Below, piece after piece: positions 1 to 8,249 of a DNA stretch of 31,267 nucleotides (positions within the stretch are counted from its first letter, which is position 1; every line of letters begins with the position of its first letter). Source of the DNA: Halorussus marinus (GTDB lineage: Archaea > Halobacteriota > Halobacteria > Halobacteriales > Haladaptataceae); contig NZ_SBIV01000007.1 of the NCBI RefSeq assembly GCF_004765795.1, forward strand, positions 186,001-217,267. Reading direction: 5' to 3'. The translations under genes were made by a program, and so were the position numbers. The notes under the pieces are model-generated. The model did no database searches, was not told the origin of the DNA, and worked only from the letters and a program-made list of their open reading frames with translations.

Positions 1-1
1 T

Positions 2-694
2 CCAGGTGTTATTCGGGAATACGCTGAGGAGAATGATATCGATTTGCTTGTCCACCAGAAACCTACACAGACTAGATTAGCACGAATTCTCCGGAGAGAC
101 GTCTCCAGCCACATCATTCAAAATATCTCTCTTCCTGTCTTGACGATACCTGATATGGATCCCTCTGGTCCGGTAGGAGAGTTATCTACTAGTCAGTTCA
201 CAGATATTCTCGTGCCTACGGATGGATACGACGAGGCATCTGTGGCCTTCAAACATGGGCTACAAATTGCTAAACGGTATGATGCAACCCTACATGGACT
301 TTTTGTCATTTCCGAACAGTCCTATTCGAGTCGGCCTGGATTCACGTGGGAAGAGGTCACTGACTCTTGGGAACAGCGGGGAACTCGGCTCTTGGAGGAC
401 ATTACGGAGAAGGCAGCGACCTTGGACGTTCCTGTCCGAACTACGTTGAGCTTTGGTCAACCTCAGCAGGAGATTCTCAAATACACTGAGGTGACTGACA
501 TCGATCTTGTTACAATGGGGACACGAGGATTGACTGGCATTCGTCGGCTATTACAGGGAAGCGTCGCAGCTCAAGTGATCGAGGAAGCAGATTACCCCGT
601 TCTAACGATTAACCGGGGGACAGCTGAATTGAAAAAACACCCGTACACCTTTCTTCGAAAGACAAACCAGAATCGGAAGTCAAGGCTATATTGA
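2..694 (+). CDS. Universal stress protein, tandem UspA domains (5'-truncated by window edge)
   Basis: The frame is open from position 2 (PGVIREYAEENDIDLLV..., end of a first Usp domain). The second domain has ILVPTDG, IDLVTMGTRG and LLQGSVAAQVIEEADYPVLTI. Confidence 0.9.
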   Translation, partial: PGVIREYAEENDIDLLVHQKPTQTRLARILRRDVSSHIIQNISLPVLTIPDMDPSGPVGELSTSQFTDILVPTDGYDEASVAFKHGLQIAKRYDATLHGLFVISEQSYSSRPGFTWEEVTDSWEQRGTRLLEDITEKAATLDVPVRTTLSFGQPQQEILKYTEVTDIDLVTMGTRGLTGIRRLLQGSVAAQVIEEADYPVLTINRGTAELKKHPYTFLRKTNQNRKSRLY

Positions 695-958
695 AATATT
701 ATTTGTAGTATACTAATTTCAGTATTAAATTCGTAAATTTCAATTGCGTATTGATTTCCGTTTCTTCTACCAAACCAAAGAGTGTTAAGTTCGTTCTGCT
801 GAATAAAGCGTGCGTACTGACCAGAAGGAAAACCAAGAAACGATAGGGCTACTCCTGAAAATCGTATTTGTCTTCACGTTTAGGTACATAAGATGGACGT
901 TAGTGCGAGCAACGCGAAAAGTTAACTGGCAAATGGCTCCACGGACTGAGTTGTTGAA

Positions 959-1246
959 CTAGTCGTCCATGCCGGATGGGGTTTGGCCCGTAGTCGATCC
1001 CGACGGTGCCGACCCTGCGGCAAACTTGTAAACGGCGACGAGTCCCCAAATCACCAAGCCGAGCAGGATGATGCCCGCCCTAATGTCGATGGGGACCACT
1101 GCAGCGTGTTCGATTGCTCCCTCGCTATCGACTGGGTGCCCGGCTCCCAGTAGCATGTCGAGCAGGCCGATCACGACGACGCCCAAGACAACCAGGCCAC
1201 CGCCGACGTACATGGCGATTTGGTCGGCCGTTGATAAGTCACTCAT
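959..1246 (-). CDS. Small two-TM membrane protein, downstream partner of DoxX
   Basis: 95 aa with two hydrophobic segments flanking a loop with two His; starts 6 nt after the doxX stop on the same strand. Confidence 0.75.
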   Translation of the reverse strand: MSDLSTADQIAMYVGGGLVVLGVVVIGLLDMLLGAGHPVDSEGAIEHAAVVPIDIRAGIILLGLVIWGLVAVYKFAAGSAPSGSTTGQTPSGMDD

Positions 1247-1252
1247 TGGTAG

Positions 1253-1786
1253 TCACCCGAGGAGTTTCCGTAATCGCGTGTTCTCGAACAGTTCCATCTC
1301 ACGCAGGCGGTTATCGACTGCCAGGACGCCGCCCGCTCCAAGTGCCACAATGGTTCCGAAGACCATGATCCCAAGGAGTTCACCCGTGACCATACCGTTG
1401 GCCCAGCCGCCACCGTAGCCGTTGATGAAGTAGAAGAACAGCATCATGAAGGCACCGAAGAAGGCGGCGGTCCTCGTGAGGACACCGAGTATCAGCCCGA
1501 GACCGATGGCGGTTTGCCCAAGCGGTACCGCCACGTTGACGAACGCCAACAGGATGCCGTCGCTGAACGGCGTGACGAAGGGGGCGAGAATCGTGCCCTG
1601 AGCGGCTCCGCCGACGAACCAGCTGGCGTCGAAGGGCCACGCCCAGATCTTGTCAAGGCCGGCGTGGAGCATCCACCACCCGGCGGTCAGCCGGAGCAGC
1701 AGGATCCAATACGACAACCAGGCTCCTGAGACCGAGAACGACGTCTCAGTTCCGAGAAATCTCGTTCGAATGGATTGTGTTGACAT
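1253..1786 (-). CDS. DoxX/DoxD-like membrane protein (copy 1)
   Basis: Contains LLRLTAGWWMLHAGLDKI and NVAVPLGQTAIGLGLILGVLTRTAAFFGAFMMLFFY. ATG at 1786 is preceded by a GAGGTGA Shine-Dalgarno (1795-1801). Confidence 0.85.
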   Translation of the reverse strand: MSTQSIRTRFLGTETSFSVSGAWLSYWILLLRLTAGWWMLHAGLDKIWAWPFDASWFVGGAAQGTILAPFVTPFSDGILLAFVNVAVPLGQTAIGLGLILGVLTRTAAFFGAFMMLFFYFINGYGGGWANGMVTGELLGIMVFGTIVALGAGGVLAVDNRLREMELFENTRLRKLLG

Positions 1787-2110
1787 GGCATACTTCACCT
1801 CACGACTGGGTTTATCAGAAGTGGTAAAAAGATTGGTGGTGGTTCGTGATCTCTAAGAGTCGGGGCTCATTGCAGGAACGCGGGTGTCAAAGGTGAGTTG
1901 GATGATCCTCAAGAAGGAATTCGGTCACCCTCAACGCACTGATTGTGTGCTGGGGCATGTAAGCAGGAGCACCGATGAATCTGAGCCCACCGATTTCTGG
2001 ATTTCGGAAAATTCTGTTTGAGGGACTGAATTCATCTACTGATCTAATCCTTTGTACTTACCGATCCTCTCAGTAGCTAACAGATTCTGAGAATTTAACT
2101 CGAGTGGATA

Positions 2111-3286
2111 TCAATCAATTAACTCCCACTGGTTAGTCATTCCTCCATAGACACGGTTTAAAACTCGTCGTCTCGAGAAAATACGGGCAAATAAAACAGG
2201 GTGGCGGAGGAGACGCAGTAGAACTGTACTCGGAGACCGGTCAACGTCTTCAATATCGATCCCGGCAGCGGCACGAATTGCTGCTCCCAGAACCTTGGGA
2301 TTACGAGTTTCAAGAAAGTATCTCACAACTGTGGCGAAAATGTACTCCGTTTTCATCCTCTGATATAATCTATCAGGATAATTGTGTAATTGGCCTCTGT
2401 TAGCCAGCTCTGCGGCCAAGAATCCCGATTCAATGGCCTGTGAGATCCCCTTTCCGGTGAGTCGGTTTGCTATACCTGCAGCATCACCCACTCGTACGAC
2501 TGAATGCTCCGGTAGATGGGTTCTGTCGGGATCAAGGCTTGGTCCCTCGGGAATGATTGCGACGTTCGTCCGTTCCTGCGACGGGACTGGCCACCCATTC
2601 CGCTCACAGGCTTCCCTCAATGCCTTCATATAATCATTAGGCCGGTCACTGACCGTCCAGCCGATACCAACGTTGGCTCGTTGCGATGTCTTCGGGAATG
2701 CCCACGAGTACCCTGTATAGTTCTCCAGAATTATCCGGCTGTTCGGGTACAACTCGGTGAAGTCCCCTTCGACATCACTGTTAAGCGCTACCATATATCC
2801 TGAATACTCGTTGGTTGTTCCGAGCGCTTTACTAGAGAGTGATGGCTGACCGGTTGCATCAACGACGAGATCATACTCATCGGTGAACTCGTGGAAATCT
2901 GTCCGTGTGATAGACTGGTTTTCGTGGATGTCAACACCCTTCTCTGAGAGTTGTTCTGCCCAGGACTGCTCAACGACATTTCGGTCCGTTATATATGTAT
3001 CCGCAGCAGGAAAGGTGCCGGCTCCAGTGCGGTGGCGATCGGCGTCGATTCCGTCATACACCTCCACTTCCATCGCTGGCAGCGGGTTGAGAAAGCCGTT
3101 CTCTACAGTCGGTTCGAGTGGGATCTTCGATACCGCTGTCATCGCTTCTCCGCAATTAACGCCTTTGCTATCGTAGGACTGCCGCTCATATAGTTCGACG
3201 ACGAATCCAGCGTCGTCGAATCCAGCAGCTGCTGCAAGCCCGGCCATCCCTCCACCTATTACCGCAATTTTGGACGTTCGAGTCAT
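2111..3286 (-). CDS. FAD-dependent oxidoreductase, geranylgeranyl reductase family
   Basis: Rossmann motif IAVIGGGMAGL, NCGE, GYSWAFP (GGR YxWxFP motif), ANVGIG and VGDAAG...TGKGISQAIESG. Start taken at MTRTSK (3286). Confidence 0.85.
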   Translation of the reverse strand: MTRTSKIAVIGGGMAGLAAAAGFDDAGFVVELYERQSYDSKGVNCGEAMTAVSKIPLEPTVENGFLNPLPAMEVEVYDGIDADRHRTGAGTFPAADTYITDRNVVEQSWAEQLSEKGVDIHENQSITRTDFHEFTDEYDLVVDATGQPSLSSKALGTTNEYSGYMVALNSDVEGDFTELYPNSRIILENYTGYSWAFPKTSQRANVGIGWTVSDRPNDYMKALREACERNGWPVPSQERTNVAIIPEGPSLDPDRTHLPEHSVVRVGDAAGIANRLTGKGISQAIESGFLAAELANRGQLHNYPDRLYQRMKTEYIFATVVRYFLETRNPKVLGAAIRAAAGIDIEDVDRSPSTVLLRLLRHPVLFARIFSRRRVLNRVYGGMTNQWELID

Positions 3287-3314
3287 CGGTTTTTGCCAAT
3301 CTTTGAGGCCATCG

Positions 3315-4316
3315 TTAAGCTCCCAACAGCATCCGAAGTGACCCACGAACGCCCATCGGGAGTCCGATCGCTCCGATGAAGAACGTCATAAGCCACCACC
3401 ACGTGTGATTCATCTCCTCTTTCGCATCGGCGAGATACCACACGATGCCGACAGTCACGACGAGTTTCAGCACGAACGTCGATCCGGAGAATCCAGTCGC
3501 CTGGTACACGAGATTCGTCACGACCAGCTTTGGGGAGTAGCCGAGGAACGTCACACCGATGAGATTCTGCGCAGCGTCCCACAACTGGCCGAAAACGGCC
3601 AGCAGAATTAGCGGGTGTCGAAGGTGGGTGATATTGGCGAAACTCGTGCCCCAGTAGTAGAGTGCGGTTACGCCGAGCGCTATCCCCGTCGTCGCGACAG
3701 GAACCCATAGGCGGAGTGGGGTCGATGTCGAGAGGCCGTGCCAAACAGCCCACCAGACGGCCCCGACAGCCCACACCGACCCGACGAGCCCGACTGTTAG
3801 CGGGATAGATCCGATATTTTGGTCACGCAAGAGTGCACCGACACCGAGCGCGAGGATGGTGACAGCGGTGACGACGATGTAAATCGATGGCGTGATGAAC
3901 CACACCGCGTAGTCCCCGAGCAGCCCGAGATCCTCGAGGGCGCGCATCGCCCCACCTGCGATGATGATCGGAGCGAACCCGTAGGCCAGTCGTGCGTCGA
4001 ACGTGACGTCGAGTTGGTCGAGATACGCACGTAGTCCGGGGAGGCTGTATACGACTGCCGCGAGGTAGATTACCGTGTTCACCGCGTTGTAGCCCTGGAC
4101 AGCACGAATCCCCTCGTGCGTGACTGGCTGACCGGCCGCATCGGCGACGACTGGTCCCCAGAGATACTGCCAGATGAACCGGTCGTAGACCAACGTCGGA
4201 AACACGAGGATGCCCCCACCGAGAAGGACGAGCGGGGCCAGCAGGTACAGCGCCCACCACTCGCGTGAGCCGGTCTCCGGAAGGACAGTCTCGACGCGGC
4301 GGGTGACAGTACTCAC
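3315..4316 (-). CDS. Polytopic membrane protein, DUF63-like
   Basis: Contains YDRFIWQYLWGPVVADA, GYNAVNT, GGAMRALED and GLPMGVRGSLR. The GTG start at 4316 overlaps the upstream TGA (GTGA), with a GGAGGTGA RBS at 4324-4331. Family name is from recall. Confidence 0.8.
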   Translation of the reverse strand: MSTVTRRVETVLPETGSREWWALYLLAPLVLLGGGILVFPTLVYDRFIWQYLWGPVVADAAGQPVTHEGIRAVQGYNAVNTVIYLAAVVYSLPGLRAYLDQLDVTFDARLAYGFAPIIIAGGAMRALEDLGLLGDYAVWFITPSIYIVVTAVTILALGVGALLRDQNIGSIPLTVGLVGSVWAVGAVWWAVWHGLSTSTPLRLWVPVATTGIALGVTALYYWGTSFANITHLRHPLILLAVFGQLWDAAQNLIGVTFLGYSPKLVVTNLVYQATGFSGSTFVLKLVVTVGIVWYLADAKEEMNHTWWWLMTFFIGAIGLPMGVRGSLRMLLGA

Positions 4317-4537
4317 GACCCGTTCACCTCCAATCGCCACGTCGTGCTTTTCGAGCGCCCCCACTGTTCGAGTGAAACGATTGTGAGTTCGTCCTGGAGC
4401 TGGCTGAGGTACTGCGCGACTGCCTTGGGAGATCCGTCGAGGTCGCTGGCAATCTCGCGAGCCCGGAGGTATGTCGGTTCGCTACTGGCTGTCTCGACGA
4501 GGTACCTTCGAACCGTGTGCCGGGAAATATTCGACAT
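4313..4537 (-). CDS. Small winged-helix protein (haloarchaeal DUF7123-like)
   Basis: 74 aa; YLRAREIASDLDGSPKAVAQYLSQL...EQWGRSKSTTWRLE has a wHTH pattern; starts 17 nt after the copA stop. Confidence 0.75.
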   Translation of the reverse strand: MSNISRHTVRRYLVETASSEPTYLRAREIASDLDGSPKAVAQYLSQLQDELTIVSLEQWGRSKSTTWRLEVNGS

Positions 4538-4554
4538 TGATCTAGAGGTGACGG

Positions 4555-7161
4555 TTAGCGAAGAAATCCGAAGAGCTTGTAGTCGTGATCGGGGGTGTAC
4601 CGCCGGAACAGGAGACTGTTCGTCAGCACCGACACCGACGAGAACGCCATTGCTGCTGCAGCGAGCACGGGCTGGAGGAGGCCGAGCGACGCTAACGGAA
4701 TCATCGCCGTGTTGTAACCGAGCGCCCACACGAGGTTCTGTTTGATCTTCTGGAGTGTCGCGTCTGAGATTCGGATCGCCTTTACCACGTCGAGCGGGTC
4801 GTCTCGCATCAGCGTGACGTCTGCAGCTTCGATGGCGACGTCGGTGCCGGAGCCGATTGCTGTCCCGACGTGTGCGACCGCGAGTGCCGGAGCGTCGTTG
4901 ACGCCGTCACCGACCATCATCGCCTGCCGGCCCTCGTCTTGAATACTGTCGACCGCGTTGGACTTGTCCTCAGGAAGGACTCCTGCGCGGACGTTCTTCG
5001 GGTCGATACCCACCTGTTTAGCGACCGCACGGGCAGTTCGCTCGTTGTCGCCCGTAATCATCATCACGTCAACTCCCCGCTCCTGGAGTGCTGTGACAGC
5101 CTGCTTGGAGCTTTCCTTCACTGTGTCGGCGTCGGCGACCACACCCACGAGCTCCCCCTCGTAGGCGACCAGCATCGCCGTCTTCCCCTCGTTCTCGAGG
5201 CGTTCCATCGTCTCCTCAGCGGGAGAGGGGTCGATCCCGTTGTCCCGCAGCAGCTTGCGGTTGCCGACCAGCACCTCGCTGTCACCAATGACTGCTTTGA
5301 TCCCGTGGCCCGGAACGTTCTCGAAGTCGTCAGGCTCAGTCACGTCCAGGCCGCGTTCTTCGGCCCCTTCGACGATTGCACGGGCGAGCGGGTGTTCGCT
5401 GCCGCTTTCAGCTATCGCCGCCAGTCGAAGCACATCATCCTCTGAGAGGCGCTCACGGGTGCTGAGCTGTCCACCATCTGGGGTCGGCTCGCCACCGTCA
5501 GTCACCACATTTCCATCGCTATCAAAGACGACCACGTCGGTGAGTTCCATTTCACCCTCCGTGAGGGTGCCCGTCTTGTCGAAGACGACCGTGTCGACGT
5601 CTTTTGCGCGTTCGAGGATGTCACCGCCCTTGAACAGGACGCCGTTCTGGGCACCAATCGTCGTCCCGACCATCGTCGCTGCGGGCGTCGCCAGCCCCAG
5701 CGCACAGGGACAGGCGATGAGGATCGAGGACGCGAAGACAATTATCGCGAACTCGAAGACTGAAACGGTCCCACCGACCGGGGCCGGGCCGCCAGCAACC
5801 TGACCCCACAGCGGGAGCCAGTCGACGAAGCCAGCGAGAGCCTCGGGGAACAGGAACCAGACGACACCCCAGAGAAGGGCGTTCGCGATGACCGCAGGCA
5901 CGAAGTACGCGGAGATGCGGTCGGCGAGATTCTGGATGTCGGGCTGGCGCGACTGGGCCTCCTTGACTGTCTGGACGATCTGTTGGAGGGCCGTGTCTTC
6001 TCCAACCTTCGTCGCCTCCACGACAAGGACGCCGTTCTCGTTAATCGTCGAGCCGACGACCTCATCGCCCTCCTCTTTCTCGACAGGCACAGATTCGCCA
6101 GTGACCATTGACTCGTCGACGGCAGACTGACCGTCGACAACGACACCGTCTGTGGGAATCTTCTCACCTGGACGAATTTTCATCCGGTCACCAGTTGTGA
6201 CCTCTTCGAGTGGAACTTCTTCTTCACTGCCGTCCTCGCGGACAATGGTCGCCGTTTCGGCTTCCATTTCGAGGAGCTTTCGGAGGGCCTCACCCGCTTG
6301 GCCCTTCGACCGAGCTTCGAGATAGTTACCCAACGTGATGAACACGAGGATGAGGGCTGCCGTGTCGAAATAAAGTCCACCTGCAATGAGTTCAGCAAGG
6401 ACTGCCACAGAGTATAGATAGGCCGTTGTTGAACCGATCGCAATCAGCACGTCCATATTGGCGCGGCCGTTCTTCACGATCGCCTTGTACGAGTTCTTAT
6501 AGAACGGCCAGCCGAGGATCGCCTGTACCGGCGTGGCGAGGAGGAACTCAACCCAGCCAAGTTCCACACCGAAGACGGCTTCAGGGACGATCGCGCCACC
6601 GAGCAGATAATTGTCGATGAGGAAGAAGAGCAACGGTGCCGATAACACTGCCCCAAAGAGGGTCAACCTGAGTTGTTTCCGAGTTTCGGCTTGACGGGCG
6701 GCATCTCGTGCGTCCTGGCCCGACTCTTCGTCGGCACCATCTTCGCGGACGGGCGAGTAGCCAGCCTCCTCGATAGCATCGTACAGCGCACCAATAGATA
6801 CTTCCGCAGGATTGTAGGTGACCTGTGCTTCGTCGGTTGCGTAATTGACCTCCGCATTAACGACGCCCGGAATATTTTCAAGAGCGGTTTGGTTGGTCTC
6901 GGCGCAGTTGGCACAGGTCATATCGGAGATGGCAATCGTTACCGTCTCAGAGACTGCGCCGTACCCGGCCTCGTCGATCGCGTCGTAGATTTCTTTGAGC
7001 GATACCTCTTCAGGGTCGTAGGTGACGGAACCCTCGTCGGTGGCGAAGTTCGCATCCGCCTCCGATACCCCGTCGAGCGATTCGAGAGTGTCCTGGATCG
7101 TCGCCGAACAGTTGGCGCAGGACATTCCCGTGATATCAAGATGGATTGTTTGGCTTGTCAT
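4555..7161 (-). CDS. copA: Cu(I)-translocating P1B-1 ATPase with two N-terminal HMA domains
   Basis: GMSCANC and DMTCANC HMA motifs, [31 protein letters not shown], and the YN and MAFSS transmembrane ligands. Confidence 0.97.
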   Translation of the reverse strand: MTSQTIHLDITGMSCANCSATIQDTLESLDGVSEADANFATDEGSVTYDPEEVSLKEIYDAIDEAGYGAVSETVTIAISDMTCANCAETNQTALENIPGVVNAEVNYATDEAQVTYNPAEVSIGALYDAIEEAGYSPVREDGADEESGQDARDAARQAETRKQLRLTLFGAVLSAPLLFFLIDNYLLGGAIVPEAVFGVELGWVEFLLATPVQAILGWPFYKNSYKAIVKNGRANMDVLIAIGSTTAYLYSVAVLAELIAGGLYFDTAALILVFITLGNYLEARSKGQAGEALRKLLEMEAETATIVREDGSEEEVPLEEVTTGDRMKIRPGEKIPTDGVVVDGQSAVDESMVTGESVPVEKEEGDEVVGSTINENGVLVVEATKVGEDTALQQIVQTVKEAQSRQPDIQNLADRISAYFVPAVIANALLWGVVWFLFPEALAGFVDWLPLWGQVAGGPAPVGGTVSVFEFAIIVFASSILIACPCALGLATPAATMVGTTIGAQNGVLFKGGDILERAKDVDTVVFDKTGTLTEGEMELTDVVVFDSDGNVVTDGGEPTPDGGQLSTRERLSEDDVLRLAAIAESGSEHPLARAIVEGAEERGLDVTEPDDFENVPGHGIKAVIGDSEVLVGNRKLLRDNGIDPSPAEETMERLENEGKTAMLVAYEGELVGVVADADTVKESSKQAVTALQERGVDVMMITGDNERTARAVAKQVGIDPKNVRAGVLPEDKSNAVDSIQDEGRQAMMVGDGVNDAPALAVAHVGTAIGSGTDVAIEAADVTLMRDDPLDVVKAIRISDATLQKIKQNLVWALGYNTAMIPLASLGLLQPVLAAAAMAFSSVSVLTNSLLFRRYTPDHDYKLFGFLR

Positions 7162-7203
7162 GCTTGTTCTACTATACGGGGTCTAGGTTTAGGCGATTTA
7201 CTG

Positions 7204-7248
7204 CTTCGAGAGGCGGGGTTTCGACTGCAGGAAAATTTGGATTCCAAA
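7204..7248. promoter_or_regulatory. Putative CopR operator upstream of copA (CTTCGA-N33-TCCAAA)
   Basis: One of three 45-bp dyads with identical spacing; 42 nt from the copA ATG. Confidence 0.65.
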
Positions 7249-7255
7249 GACAGCG

Positions 7256-7846
7256 TTACGCTCCCTCTTCGAGTCGCTGATACCGATCGTCGAACCGTGT
7301 GAGACAGGACGGACAACAGAAGTGATAGATCTCTCCGTCGATTCTCGTCGTTTCACCTTGATTATCAACGGTATTGTTACATTCAGCACAGGTGAGTGCA
7401 AATTCGACGCCATCAACGGACGGCGTCCATTCAAGCTCGTCAATTAGCGTGACGGTGTAATCTGCTACATCGATCTCGTTAAAGAGTCCATCTACCCACT
7501 GACGTACGTTCTGGGCTTCAACACGGGCATAGAACCAAAGATCTCCTTCGGAGGTCGTGAAGACGTGTTCAACGCCATCTGACTCTCGAGCCCGCTCGCG
7601 GGCGGCCTCCAACGACGCTGAGCCGATTTCGGCCTGAATAAATACCGGTACACCAGCTCGGAGATGAGCCCGGTTGACGTCAATCGTGAAGTTGTTAATG
7701 ATGCCAGCTTCCTGTAATCGCTTTACCCGGTCAGACACGGCTGGCCCCGACAAGTCGACCTCCTCGCCAATATCGCTGAACGGGCGGCGGGCGTCATCAG
7801 CGAGTAACGAGAGGATTTCTAAGTCGGTTTCATCCAAATTGCGCAT
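7256..7846 (-). CDS. copR: Lrp/AsnC-family regulator with C-terminal TRASH metal-binding domain
   Basis: AsnC HTH (LDETDLEILSLLADDARRPFSDIGEEVDLSGPAVSDRVKRL) plus C-terminal CAEC...YHFCCPSC; lies between copA and copZ. Start at MRNLDE (7846). Confidence 0.9.
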   Translation of the reverse strand: MRNLDETDLEILSLLADDARRPFSDIGEEVDLSGPAVSDRVKRLQEAGIINNFTIDVNRAHLRAGVPVFIQAEIGSASLEAARERARESDGVEHVFTTSEGDLWFYARVEAQNVRQWVDGLFNEIDVADYTVTLIDELEWTPSVDGVEFALTCAECNNTVDNQGETTRIDGEIYHFCCPSCLTRFDDRYQRLEEGA

Positions 7847-7893
7847 ACGACCGCTTCGTCTCGCAGGATACATTATTGTTGCCCACAACACAC

Positions 7894-7938
7894 CTTCGAA
7901 ATCGGTGATCCAGGGCTGCGACAACATTGGATTCTAAG
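7894..7938. promoter_or_regulatory. Putative CopR operator between divergent copR and copZ1 (CTTCGA-N33-TCTAAG)
   Basis: Same 45-bp dyad; 42 nt before the copZ1 ATG (7981) and 47 nt from the copR ATG. Confidence 0.65.
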
Positions 7939-7980
7939 CAGAAAACCACATAGAATACTCGCCCCTATCTACGAATGGAT

Positions 7981-8178
7981 ATGACTCAGACAATCACCGT
8001 CGAAGGAATGACCTGTGAACATTGCGAGCAGACCGTCGAAGAGGCACTCGAAGAAGTTGAGGGGGTTACGTCTGCTACTGCGGATCGTGACTCAGAATCC
8101 GCGACGGTCGAGGGGTCCGCTGAACGGGATGAGCTTGTGACTGTGGTCGAAGACGCTGGATACGATGCCTCTGCGTAA
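7981..8178 (+). CDS. copZ: Copper chaperone, single HMA domain (copy 1)
   Basis: VEGMTCEHC...VEDAGY; an alternative ATG lies at 7975. Confidence 0.93.
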   Translation: MTQTITVEGMTCEHCEQTVEEALEEVEGVTSATADRDSESATVEGSAERDELVTVVEDAGYDASA

Positions 8179-8249
8179 CAAATCCCGATTCTCGTCGAAT
8201 CGGATTCGGAGAGGGATTGATACGACTGCCAATCCCAGGTGTAGATACT

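Noticed and set aside
695..958. AT-rich stretch after uspA as a possible ncRNA or origin
   Set aside because: It has no stable structure or repeats and is compatible with a convergent terminator region or island junction.
7847..7927. N-terminal extension of the regulator given by the ORF track (start 7927), and similar upstream starts for 2111-3346, 3315-4364, 4313-4729 and 18530-18808
   Set aside because: The extensions overlap promoters or neighbouring genes; downstream starts fit domain boundaries and RBS/TATA positions better.
8179..8249. Canonical iron-responsive element upstream of acnA
   Set aside because: The hairpin loops are TCGTC and ATACGACTGC, not CAGUGN; kept only as generic stem-loops.
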